64,000 bases of DNA from contig JAVKIE010000012.1 in NCBI GenBank assembly GCA_031459615.1, forward strand, positions 1,405 to 65,404. Direction: 5' to 3'. The DNA comes from Candidatus Calidihabitans tengchongensis (GTDB taxonomy: Bacteria > Sysuimicrobiota > Sysuimicrobiia > Sysuimicrobiales > Kaftiobacteriaceae). Shown in pieces: positions 37,757-45,720 of this stretch. Each line of letters starts with the position of its first letter. Position 1 is the first letter of the stretch. A program made the position numbers and the translations under genes. Under the pieces are notes generated by a model. It was not told where the DNA came from and searched no databases. It worked only from the letters and a program-made list of their open reading frames with translations.

Positions 37757-40181
37757 GTCGGGTCGGGCGCACCCACATCTGCCGTCCGTCGGTGACCACG
37801 GTGACGGCGCCGTGGCGGTCGGTGCGGTAGACGGCGGCCCCCTGGGCCAGCAGGGCGTCCACGGCCGCGGGGTGGGGATGGCCGAAGGGATTGCGGGCGC
37901 CCACGGAGATGACCGCCACCCGGGGGGAGACGGCGCGCAGGAACTCCGGCGAGCTGCTGGTGGCGCTGCCGTGGTGGGCGGCCTTCAGCACAGCGCTGCG
38001 CAGGTCGCGCCCCTGCCGGACCAGGTCGGCTTCGGTCAGGGCGTCAATGTCGCCGGTCAGCAGCACGCTCAGGGCACCGTATCGCACGCGCAGGACCACC
38101 GAGTTGGCGTTGACGTCCGAGGCGGTCCCCTCCACGGGAGGATCCGGCGGGTTCAGGATCGACGCCACCACTCCCCCGCCCAGCTCCAGGCGCCCGCCCC
38201 GCCGGGCCGGGATCACGTCCAGCCCCCGGGCGCGCACCGCCAGCACAAAGCGCGGGTAGGACGGAGCCGGATGGCCCACGCCGGCGTCGAGGACCAGACC
38301 TATCGGGAAGTTCTGGACGACGGCGGGGAGTCCTCCGACGTGATCCTCGTGGGCGTGGGTGAGGACCACCACGTCCACCGACCGCACCCCCAGACGCCGC
38401 AGGGCCGGGACCACGCGCCTCGCCCCGATGTCGTAACCCGTGATCCGCCCCTCCACCTCCCCGCCGCCGTCCACCAGCAGAACCCGGCCCGACGGCGCCC
38501 GGACCACGATGGCGTCACCCTGTCCCACGTCCAGAAACGTGACCACCAGGTGAGGCGGTGCGGCGGCGGCCACCAGGCGCAGCCACAGCGCCGCGGCCAG
38601 GGCCAGCGCGGCCGCAGGTGCCGCCGTCCCGGGGGACAGCCGCAGGCCGCCCCGCGCCCACCCCGCCAGCAGGGCCAGAACCAGATAGCAGGCGAGGAGG
38701 CCGGCGGCGGAGGGTGCGGGCACCGCCACGGTGGCCAGGGGAAGGCGGGATGCCGCCGAGGCCACGGCCCACAGGGCGTCCAGAAGGAAGGCGAGGGGTG
38801 GAGCGGCCGCCAGCGCCAGCGCGGGCAGGACCGCGCCCGCGCAGGCCACGGCGAATCCGGCCGGCACCAGCACCGCCACCAGGGGCAGCGCCGCCACGTT
38901 GGCCACGAGCCCGGCCACGGGGATCTGCTGGAAGTGGTATGCCAGCAGCGGCGCCACCGCCGCCTGAGCGCACGCGGTGGACACCACCAGCGTGTCCGCC
39001 AGGCGGGGCGCGGCCAGCCGGGACGCCACCGCCGGCGCCAGGACGATCAGCGCCCATGCGGCGGCAAACGACAGCTGGGCGCCGGCGTCGAACAGCAGCG
39101 CCGGCGAGGTCACCAGCAGGGCCAGCGCGGCCAGGGCCAGCCCGGCGGCCGGGTCGGCGGGCCGCCCCGCCCCGGCGGCGGCCAGACCGGCCAGGGCTCC
39201 CACCGTGGCGCGGAAGACCGAGGGGACCCAGCCGGCCATCAGCGCGAAGAACGCCACCGCCCCCGCCGCCACCGCGGACGAGGCCGCCGGGGGCGCCCGC
39301 AGCAGGCGTGTCAGCCACAGGACCGCGGCCAGGACCAGGCCGACCTGCGCCCCGGAGACCACGAGCACGTGGAGCAGCCCGGAGCGGGTGAATGCCTCGA
39401 CGGTCGAATCGTCCAGGGCCCCGTCGTCGCCCAGGAGGAGGCTGATCAGGATAGCGCCCCGCCGTCCGGGCAGCGCGTCGCGGAGGACGGTCGTCAGGCG
39501 GCGGCGCACCGCGTCGGCGGCGCCGATCAGGGAGTTGACCCGGCCGCGCCCCACCACGCGCGCCGAGGCGGGATCGGCGTACAGGAGGGCGGCGATGCCC
39601 CGCGCGGCCAGATAGTCCCGGTAGGAGAACTCCCCCGGATTGCCGGCCGGCGGAGGACTGACCAGACGTCCGCGCACCCGCACCCGGTCTCCCGGACGGA
39701 TGTCCGTGCCGCCCCGGACGGAGACCAGGACGCGTCCGGACGCCGCCCGGATGCCGTCCTCCTCCACCGCGTCGGCGGCCACGACCACCCGGACGCCGGC
39801 GGGGGTACTCCGCGCCGGCCCGACCACCGTGCCGGTCAGGACGACCCTCCGGCCCAGGGCCTCCCGCAGCGCGGGCGAGAGGGCGGGCTCCTCGTGCACG
39901 CGCAGCCACAGCCCGCCGGCCGCAACGGCGGCTGTCACCAGGAGCGCGCCGGCCGACCGCCGGACGGCCAGGAGCATCCCCGCGGCGGCGATCGCACCGG
40001 CCAGCAGCCCGGCCCACGCCCACGCCGTCAGGCCGGATCCCCGTCCCAGGGCGACTCCCAGGGCGAAGGCCGCGGCCAGGTGCGCGATCGGGCGCGACAT
40101 TGCCGGTCGGCGGGCCGGCCGGCACTGCGGTCCCGGCGGCCCCGCGCCCCGATCATGCCCGGACCGCATCGGGGAGGCCAT
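37740..40181 (-). CDS. comEC: DNA internalisation competence protein ComEC/Rec2 (with metallo-beta-lactamase domain)
   Basis: Multi-TM competence domain (LLHVLVVSGAQVGL) and a C-terminal MBL motif (LTHAHEDHVGG ... AAHHGS). The start is uncertain (ATG at 40181 or 40100). Its 3' end overlaps the holA start by 17 nt. Confidence 0.88.
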   Translation of the reverse strand: MASPMRSGHDRGAGPPGPQCRPARRPAMSRPIAHLAAAFALGVALGRGSGLTAWAWAGLLAGAIAAAGMLLAVRRSAGALLVTAAVAAGGLWLRVHEEPALSPALREALGRRVVLTGTVVGPARSTPAGVRVVVAADAVEEDGIRAASGRVLVSVRGGTDIRPGDRVRVRGRLVSPPPAGNPGEFSYRDYLAARGIAALLYADPASARVVGRGRVNSLIGAADAVRRRLTTVLRDALPGRRGAILISLLLGDDGALDDSTVEAFTRSGLLHVLVVSGAQVGLVLAAVLWLTRLLRAPPAASSAVAAGAVAFFALMAGWVPSVFRATVGALAGLAAAGAGRPADPAAGLALAALALLVTSPALLFDAGAQLSFAAAWALIVLAPAVASRLAAPRLADTLVVSTACAQAAVAPLLAYHFQQIPVAGLVANVAALPLVAVLVPAGFAVACAGAVLPALALAAAPPLAFLLDALWAVASAASRLPLATVAVPAPSAAGLLACYLVLALLAGWARGGLRLSPGTAAPAAALALAAALWLRLVAAAAPPHLVVTFLDVGQGDAIVVRAPSGRVLLVDGGGEVEGRITGYDIGARRVVPALRRLGVRSVDVVVLTHAHEDHVGGLPAVVQNFPIGLVLDAGVGHPAPSYPRFVLAVRARGLDVIPARRGGRLELGGGVVASILNPPDPPVEGTASDVNANSVVLRVRYGALSVLLTGDIDALTEADLVRQGRDLRSAVLKAAHHGSATSSSPEFLRAVSPRVAVISVGARNPFGHPHPAAVDALLAQGAAVYRTDRHGAVTVVTDGRQMWVRPTRHAAEP

Positions 40182-40209
40182 GCCCCGCCCCGGCCATTGA
40201 GGGGAGATG

Positions 40210-40310
40210 CAGTTCGATCTACGCGATCTACACGGTCGCGCAATCGGCGCAACTTACCGGATAGGCCGATATCCGTCAGATCGCGCAGATTGCGCAGATT
40301 GGGTAGATCG
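40210..40310. repeat. second locus of the ATCTGCGCAAT / GATCTAC short-repeat family (thrS-comEC spacer)
   Basis: gatctacgcgatctacac ... gcgcaatcggcgcaac ... cagatcgcgcagattgcgcagattgggtagatcgac. Tandem 9-mers and their inverted copies, with five GATC sites. Confidence 0.75.
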
Positions 40311-40313
40311 ACG

Positions 40314-42233
40314 TCATCGCCTCGCCGCCAGGTCGTCGCGGATGCGCTCCAGGAAGCGGTCCACCTCCATCGGGCCCAGGTCGCCCGCCGACCGGCTGCG
40401 CACCGCCACCTGGCCGCTTGCGACCTCCCGGTCGCCCACCACCAGCATGTAGGGGACGTACTCCAGCTGGGCGCGCCGTACCTTATAGCTGATCCTCTCG
40501 CTGCTGTCGTCCACCTCCGCCCGCAGGCCCCGCTCCGCCAGCGCCGCGGCCACCTGCCGGGCGTAGGCCGCGTGGCGGTCGGTCACCGGCAGCACCCGGA
40601 CCTGCACCGGCGCCAGCCAGGCGGGAAACGCCCCGCCGTAGTGCTCGATGAGGATGCCCAGGAAGCGCTCCAGCGAGCCCAGGATGGCCCGGTGGATCAG
40701 GACCGGCCGGTGCTGGAGGCCGTCCTCGCCCATGTACGCCAGGTCGAACCGCTCGGGCAGGACGAAGTCCAGCTGAATGGTGGTCAGCTGCCAGCGGCGG
40801 CCCAGGGCGTCGTACATGAAGATGTCGATCTTGGGGCCGTAGAAGTTGGCCTCGCCGACGGCCCGCTGGTAGGGCGTCCCCCGCCGGCGCAGGGCGTCCT
40901 CCAGGGCGGCTTCCGCCTGCTCCCACACCTCCGGCCGCCCCGCAAACCGCCCCGGCTGGGCGGGGTCGCGCACCGACAGCATGATCTCGTAGCGCTGGAA
41001 TCCGAACGCTCCCAGCACGGCGAAGGCCAGATCCATCAACCCGGTGATCTCCTCGCCGATCTGGTCGGGCCGGGCGAAGATGTGGGCGTCGTCCTGGGAG
41101 ATCATCCGCACCCGCAGCAGGCCGTGCAGGACGCCGGAGCGCTCGTAGCGGTACACCGTGCCGATCTCCGCCAGGCGCACCGGCAGCTCCCGGTAACTGC
41201 GCGTGCGGCTGGCGTAGATCATGATGTGGAAGGGACAGTTCATGGGTTTGACCAGGTACTTCTGCTGGTCGATCTCCATGCCGGCGAACATGTTCTCGGC
41301 ATACCACGCCATGTGCCCGCTGCGCTCCCACAGGTGCTGGCGGGCCACGTGGGGCGTGTACACCCACTGGTAGCCGCGCCGGTCCAGCTCCCCGCGCAGG
41401 AACTCCTCGATCAGGCGGCGGACCAGGGCGCCCCGGGGGTGCCACAGGACCAGACCCGGGCCGATCTCGTCGTTGATGCTGAACAGGTCCAGCTCCCGGC
41501 CCAGCCGCCGGTGGTCCCGGCGGCGCGCCTCCTCCAGGCGCTGCAGGTACTCCTCCAGCATCTCCGGGCGCGGGAAGGAGATGCCGTAGATCCGCTGCAG
41601 CATCTCCCGCCGCTCGTCCCCCCGCCAGTAGGCGCCCGCCACGCTGAGCAGCTTGACGGCCCGGATCATCCCCGTGCGGGGCAGGTGGGGCCCGCGGCAC
41701 ATGTCCAGAAAGCCGTCCTGGCGGTAGAAGGAGACCTGGGGATCGGTGATCTCGTCCAGCAGCTCCAGCTTGTACGTCTCCCCCATCTCCCGGTACAGGC
41801 GCAGGGCCTCGTCCCGGGGGATCTCCACCCGTTCGATGGGCTGATCCCGGGCGGCGAGCTCCCGCATACGCTCCTCCAGCCGCTGCAGGTCCTCGGGAGA
41901 CAGCGGGCGGCCCACGTCGATGTCATAGTAGAAACCGTCCTCGATGGGCGGCCCGATGGCCAGCCGGGCATGGGGAAACAGCTCTTTCACCGCCTGCGCC
42001 AGCAGGTGGGCGGAGGAATGCCAGTAGACTTCCCGGCCCTGGGGGTCGTCGAAGGTGAGCAGCTCCACCCGGGCGTCGGTCTCCAGGCGGGCCGACAGGT
42101 CCCGCAGGACGCCGTCCACTCGCGCCACCAGGGCGTCGGGCACGCCCGCGTCCCGGGCGATCTCGGCCACCGAAACGCCCCGGGGATAGACCTTCACCCG
42201 CCCGTCCGGCAGCGTAACGCGAATTCCGTTCAC
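40314..42233 (-). CDS. thrS: threonine--tRNA ligase
   Basis: 639 aa from the GTG at 42233 (V104 of the track ORF), with GGAGGAGG upstream. TGS domain (IRVTLPDGRVKVYPRGVSVAEIA), editing-domain motif HSSAHLLAQAV, class-II core (FRYERSGVLHGLLRVR). Confidence 0.93.
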   Translation of the reverse strand: MNGIRVTLPDGRVKVYPRGVSVAEIARDAGVPDALVARVDGVLRDLSARLETDARVELLTFDDPQGREVYWHSSAHLLAQAVKELFPHARLAIGPPIEDGFYYDIDVGRPLSPEDLQRLEERMRELAARDQPIERVEIPRDEALRLYREMGETYKLELLDEITDPQVSFYRQDGFLDMCRGPHLPRTGMIRAVKLLSVAGAYWRGDERREMLQRIYGISFPRPEMLEEYLQRLEEARRRDHRRLGRELDLFSINDEIGPGLVLWHPRGALVRRLIEEFLRGELDRRGYQWVYTPHVARQHLWERSGHMAWYAENMFAGMEIDQQKYLVKPMNCPFHIMIYASRTRSYRELPVRLAEIGTVYRYERSGVLHGLLRVRMISQDDAHIFARPDQIGEEITGLMDLAFAVLGAFGFQRYEIMLSVRDPAQPGRFAGRPEVWEQAEAALEDALRRRGTPYQRAVGEANFYGPKIDIFMYDALGRRWQLTTIQLDFVLPERFDLAYMGEDGLQHRPVLIHRAILGSLERFLGILIEHYGGAFPAWLAPVQVRVLPVTDRHAAYARQVAAALAERGLRAEVDDSSERISYKVRRAQLEYVPYMLVVGDREVASGQVAVRSRSAGDLGPMEVDRFLERIRDDLAARR

Positions 42234-42507
42234 GGCCGCACCTCGCCTCCTCCCATCAAAAAACCCGTCCCTGCATGGGACGGGCGTGCCCGCGGTTCCA
42301 CCCTGCTTCCGCCCGGACGCGCCGGGTCGGCTCTCTGATCCCGATGACGGGGGGTCCGGCGGCCCCTCCCGCACCGCCCGGGCGGCGGCTCGGGACCGCG
42401 GCTCGGAGGTGGTACCCTCCGGATCGCCGGGGGAGGCTCGCAGCCTGAGGCCTCCCTCTCTCAGGCCCGGCGTGATGCCGGAGGGCGTGTCCCCCTCATC
42501 GCCTGTC
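42234..42507 (-). promoter_or_regulatory. T-box riboswitch leader, Thr (ACC) specifier, with terminator/antiterminator
   Basis: Minus-strand elements: GCGATGAGG (GA motif), AGAGAG box, GGGTACCACCTCC (ACC followed by a purine), T-box sequence AGGGTGGAACCGCGGG (42289-42303), and terminator CCCGTCCC-ATGCA-GGGACGGG-TTTTTT (42258-42284) just before the thrS SD. Confidence 0.85.
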
Positions 42508-42513
42508 GGAGGC

Positions 42514-42542
42514 AGTATAGACACCGGCTCCGGCGGTGTCAA
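42514..42542 (-). promoter_or_regulatory. sigma-A type promoter of the thrS T-box leader
   Basis: The minus strand reads TTGACA (42537-42542)-17 nt-TATACT (42514-42519). Confidence 0.7.
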
Positions 42543-42559
42543 CGCCGCCGGCGGGGGTG

Positions 42560-43270
42560 TCAGGCCGGACCGGGTCCGTACGCCTGCCGCACGCTCCAGG
42601 GCACCACCGTGATGCTGACCAGGCGTTCCGTCCCGTCGAACAGGTCGGCCAGATCGGCGACGGTCACCCGCAGCTGGTAGCTGAGCACCCGGTCGATGTT
42701 CTGCGGGACGCTGCGGACCACGTCCACCAGCTCGTGGACCCGGTACACCCGCACGATGCCGGGATCGGCCGCGGACCGGATGGGGCCCCGGCTCACCACG
42801 TGGACGGGAACGCCGCGGCGGTACTGGAGCTGCAGCTCCACCGACCCGCCTCCCGGGTCCCGGAACCGGACGTGCTCGGTCACCGTGGCCGAGGTGTCGG
42901 TCCCCTTGGCGTAGTACTCCCGGGTCACCGAGCCCAGCCGCGCGGTCCGGTAGGCTCCCGGGACCGCCCGGGGGTGGGCGGTGAAGGTGCGGATGTTGAA
43001 CCCCGCCTCCTCCCCGGTCTGGGGATGGCGGGCCGGAACCGCCAGCCCGATGGACCGGCTGACGGCGTCGGGAGCGGGCTGGCCGGAGGCATCGGTCCGC
43101 AGCAGCGTGTCGGTGAAGATCACCGCCAGGTTGGCCCCCCGGGAGGCACCGCCGGACACCGGCGCCACCTGCCAGGGGGCCGGCAGCCGCGACTGCGCGG
43201 CCTCGGGGCGCACGGCCAGATGCAGCACGGTCTGGGTGGCGATGGTGAGATCCAGCAGCACCTCGCTCAC
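42560..43270 (-). CDS. hypothetical protein (236 aa), translationally coupled to dtd
   Basis: The GTG start overlaps the dtd stop as GTGA. Composition is protein-like (not the Gly/Pro/Arg-rich artefact type) and apparently beta-rich. No family recognised. Confidence 0.6.
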   Translation of the reverse strand: MSEVLLDLTIATQTVLHLAVRPEAAQSRLPAPWQVAPVSGGASRGANLAVIFTDTLLRTDASGQPAPDAVSRSIGLAVPARHPQTGEEAGFNIRTFTAHPRAVPGAYRTARLGSVTREYYAKGTDTSATVTEHVRFRDPGGGSVELQLQYRRGVPVHVVSRGPIRSAADPGIVRVYRVHELVDVVRSVPQNIDRVLSYQLRVTVADLADLFDGTERLVSITVVPWSVRQAYGPGPA

Positions 43271-43710
43271 GGCCGGGTGTCCAGGACCAGCGTCACCGGC
43301 CCCAGGTTGTGGATCTCCACCACCATCCGGGCTCCGAAGATCCCGGTGCGGACCGGCACCCCCAGGGCCTCCAGGTGCCGGTTGAACTCGCGGTACAGGG
43401 GCTCGGCCCGCTCCGGCGGCGCCGCCCGGATGAAGCTGGGCCGCCGGCCGCCGGTGGTGTCGCCGTACAGGGTGAACTGGGACACCGACAGCACCTCGCC
43501 GCCGACGTCCAGCACGCTGCGGTTGAGCCGGCCCTGGTCGTCGTCGAAGATGCGCAGGTGGGCGATCTTGTGGGCGAGGGAGCGGGCGTCGTCCGCGGTG
43601 TCGTCCACCGAGACGCCGAGGAGGACGACACAGCCCAGGCCGATGCGGGCCACCTCATCGCCCTCCACCCGGACCGCCGCCCGCTCGACGCGCTGGACCA
43701 CCGCCCGCAC
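43267..43710 (-). CDS. dtd: D-aminoacyl-tRNA deacylase
   Basis: 147 aa from the GTG at 43710, with GGGAGG 5 nt upstream. VRAVVQRV...GLGCVVLLGV...LSVSQFTLYGDTTGGRRPSF...FGARMVVEIHNLGPVT are conserved Dtd motifs. Confidence 0.92.
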   Translation of the reverse strand: MRAVVQRVERAAVRVEGDEVARIGLGCVVLLGVSVDDTADDARSLAHKIAHLRIFDDDQGRLNRSVLDVGGEVLSVSQFTLYGDTTGGRRPSFIRAAPPERAEPLYREFNRHLEALGVPVRTGIFGARMVVEIHNLGPVTLVLDTRP

Positions 43711-43840
43711 GCCGCCTCCCACCCCTCCCCCACCGACGGGACGCCCCTCAGACCTTTCGACGCGCACGCGCCGGCCATCCTTGACCCCGACAGGGATTTC
43801 CGCTCCCGCCCGGCGCATATCCCCCGGGGGAGGGAGACCC

Positions 43841-44383
43841 ATGGAGACGCACGATGCGGCGCTGATCAGGCGCATCCGCCGGCTGGAATGGTGCGTGGCG
43901 GGGTCGGCCGCCCTGTGGGCGCTCATGGCCTGGGGGCTGTGGGCGCGGGCGGCGGGCGCCGCCCCGCCTCCGGTGGTGCGGGCGGCAGCGGTGGAGGTGA
44001 CGGATGCCACCGGGCGGGTGCGTGCGGTCCTCGACGCCGCCGGCCGCCGACCGGCTCTGGTCCTGTACGACGCAGACGGACGCCGCCGGCTGTCCCTGGG
44101 CCTGGGAGTCCAGGGCAACCCCGAGGTGGTCCTGGCCGACGCCCGCGGTCGGCCGCGGCTGCTCCTGCGCGCGGGCTACGAGCGGGCGGCGGAGGTGCAG
44201 CTCGCCGACGGATCCGGGCGTCCCCGGGCGGGCCTGTGGATCACCCACCAGGACGAACCGGGGTTGTGGCTGTTTGACGAGCTGGCCCGACCGCGCATCG
44301 GCCTGAAGGTCCTGGCAGGCGGTGTGCCGCGGCTGTGGCTGTTCGAAGAGTCCACCGGCCGCATCCTCTTCACGGCACCCTGA
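43841..44383 (+). CDS. hypothetical membrane-anchored protein with about 20-aa beta-strand repeats
   Basis: The ATG follows GGGAGGGAG. One N-terminal TM helix (WCVAGSAALWALMAWGLWA), then six copies of a D-x-x-G-R-x-R-x-x-L-like unit (DATGRVRAVL, DADGRRRLSL, DARGRPRLLL, DGSGRPRAGL, DELARPRIGL, EESTGRILF). Divergent from dtd. Confidence 0.55.
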   Translation: METHDAALIRRIRRLEWCVAGSAALWALMAWGLWARAAGAAPPPVVRAAAVEVTDATGRVRAVLDAAGRRPALVLYDADGRRRLSLGLGVQGNPEVVLADARGRPRLLLRAGYERAAEVQLADGSGRPRAGLWITHQDEPGLWLFDELARPRIGLKVLAGGVPRLWLFEESTGRILFTAP

Positions 44384-44399
44384 CGGCCGCGGCGGGGTC

Positions 44400-44445
44400 T
44401 GTTCTCCCCTCTCCCCTCTTCCCTCTTCCCTCTTCCCTTCCCTCA
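44400..44445 (-). repeat. polypurine (GGGAAGA)n tract starting at the GH63-like gene stop codon, at a convergent gene junction
   Basis: The minus strand reads TGAGGGAAGGGAAGAGGGAAGAGGGAAGAGGGGAGAGGGGAGAAC, with six G3+ runs and 2-4 nt loops. Confidence 0.9.
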
Positions 44446-45720
44446 CCCCACCGGCCGCTTCACCAGGTCGAGGACCAGGGCCGCAGTCCAGGTGAACCCG
44501 TCCGCCCCCAGGCCGGCGCCCGTATACGGGTGGAAGTACTCGCGCCACCCGCCCCGGCGGACCAGGTCCACCGTGGCGGCGGCCAGGGCCGCGGCCCGGT
44601 CGCGCAGGCCCAGATCGTCCAGCCCCCGGGCGACCATCCAGTTGACGTTCACCCACACCGGTCCCCGCCAGTACCGGTCGGGCTCGAACCCCGGCTGGTC
44701 GGGCGGCACCGAGGGCACGGGCAGGCAGCCTGCGCAGCGGGCCAGATACCGGTCCAGGAGGGCGGCGGCCCCGGCGGCGTCCACCAGGCCACCGTAGATC
44801 GCCCCGAGCCCGGCCACCGTGTCGGCGGGAATGAGGGCGCCTGAGACCACGTCGAAGTCGGCGAAGATCCCGGACTCCGGCCGCCACAGCGTCCGCCGGT
44901 AGGCATCGGCAAACACGGCCAGGACGTCGGGGGACACCGCCGGCGGGCGGCCCAGGACGGCGGCGATGTGGTTGAGGTCCCGCGCCGCCCGGTACCAGAC
45001 CGCGTTGAACAGCGCGTCGTACACCGCAAACGGCGTGCGGGGGAGCAGCCGGCGCAGGTCGTATCCCGCGTCGGCAATCATCTCCACCAGCGCGTAGTAG
45101 AGGTCGTAATCGCGGTCGGTCGGACGCTGGCGCGCCTCCACCGCCGCCGTGTCCTCCCGGCGGTACGCCCGCGCGGGGCGCAGGCCCCGTCCGACGGCCC
45201 CGTCCCACCGGGGACTGTTGTCCGTCCCGCTCTCCCACGGGTGGATGACGACGATCAGGGGACACCCGCCCGTGGTGCGCCGGTCCAGGTAATACCGCAC
45301 CAGGTCCCGCAGAGGCTCCCACAGCCGCGCCCACCACCGGGGGGCGATGTCGGGCCGCATCTCGCCCACCATCCGCACGGCCGTGGGCAGCACCGGCGGC
45401 TGGGAAATCCCGCTGGTGCGCTCGGAGGGGTGGCGGACCGGGACCCCGGGCCACCAGGAGGGGTCCGGCTGGTAGCCGGCGGGCGCATGGGGCGCGTAGC
45501 GGATGTGGGGCAGGCAGCCGTCGGTCCACTGCCCCCGCAGCAGCGAGTCCACCTCGCGCGCGGCGCGGTCCCAGTCCAGGTGCGCCCACCCGATGGCGGC
45601 AAAGGCGCTGTCCCAGTTCCACTGGTGGGGGTACTGGCGGAGGCTGGGAGCGGTGTACTCCCCCCGGTCGTTGCCGCGCAGGACGGCCTCGGCGGCGGCG
45701 GCCAGGTCCGGTCCGGTCAC
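44443..45720 (-). CDS. GH63-like (alpha/alpha)6 glycoside hydrolase (mannosylglycerate/glucosylglycerate hydrolase-like)
   Basis: YPHQWNWDSAFAAIGW, HPWESGTDNSPRWD and RGPVWVNVNWM resemble the MGH/GgH branch of GH63. GTG at 45720 overlaps the upstream stop as GTGA. The track start at 45789 would overlap the ATPase gene by 73 nt. Confidence 0.75.
   Translation of the reverse strand: MTGPDLAAAAEAVLRGNDRGEYTAPSLRQYPHQWNWDSAFAAIGWAHLDWDRAAREVDSLLRGQWTDGCLPHIRYAPHAPAGYQPDPSWWPGVPVRHPSERTSGISQPPVLPTAVRMVGEMRPDIAPRWWARLWEPLRDLVRYYLDRRTTGGCPLIVVIHPWESGTDNSPRWDGAVGRGLRPARAYRREDTAAVEARQRPTDRDYDLYYALVEMIADAGYDLRRLLPRTPFAVYDALFNAVWYRAARDLNHIAAVLGRPPAVSPDVLAVFADAYRRTLWRPESGIFADFDVVSGALIPADTVAGLGAIYGGLVDAAGAAALLDRYLARCAGCLPVPSVPPDQPGFEPDRYWRGPVWVNVNWMVARGLDDLGLRDRAAALAAATVDLVRRGGWREYFHPYTGAGLGADGFTWTAALVLDLVKRPVG

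Noticed and set aside
37755-42338. 1527-aa plus-strand ORF opposite comEC and thrS
   Set aside because: Same reasoning: it is antisense to well-supported genes and its composition is an artefact of GC-rich codon position 3.
42536-43840. N-terminal 435 aa of the 615-aa plus-strand ORF
   Set aside because: It is antisense to the dtd-linked gene and to dtd, and has artefactual composition. Only the last 180 aa (from the ATG at 43841, with an SD) look like a real gene.
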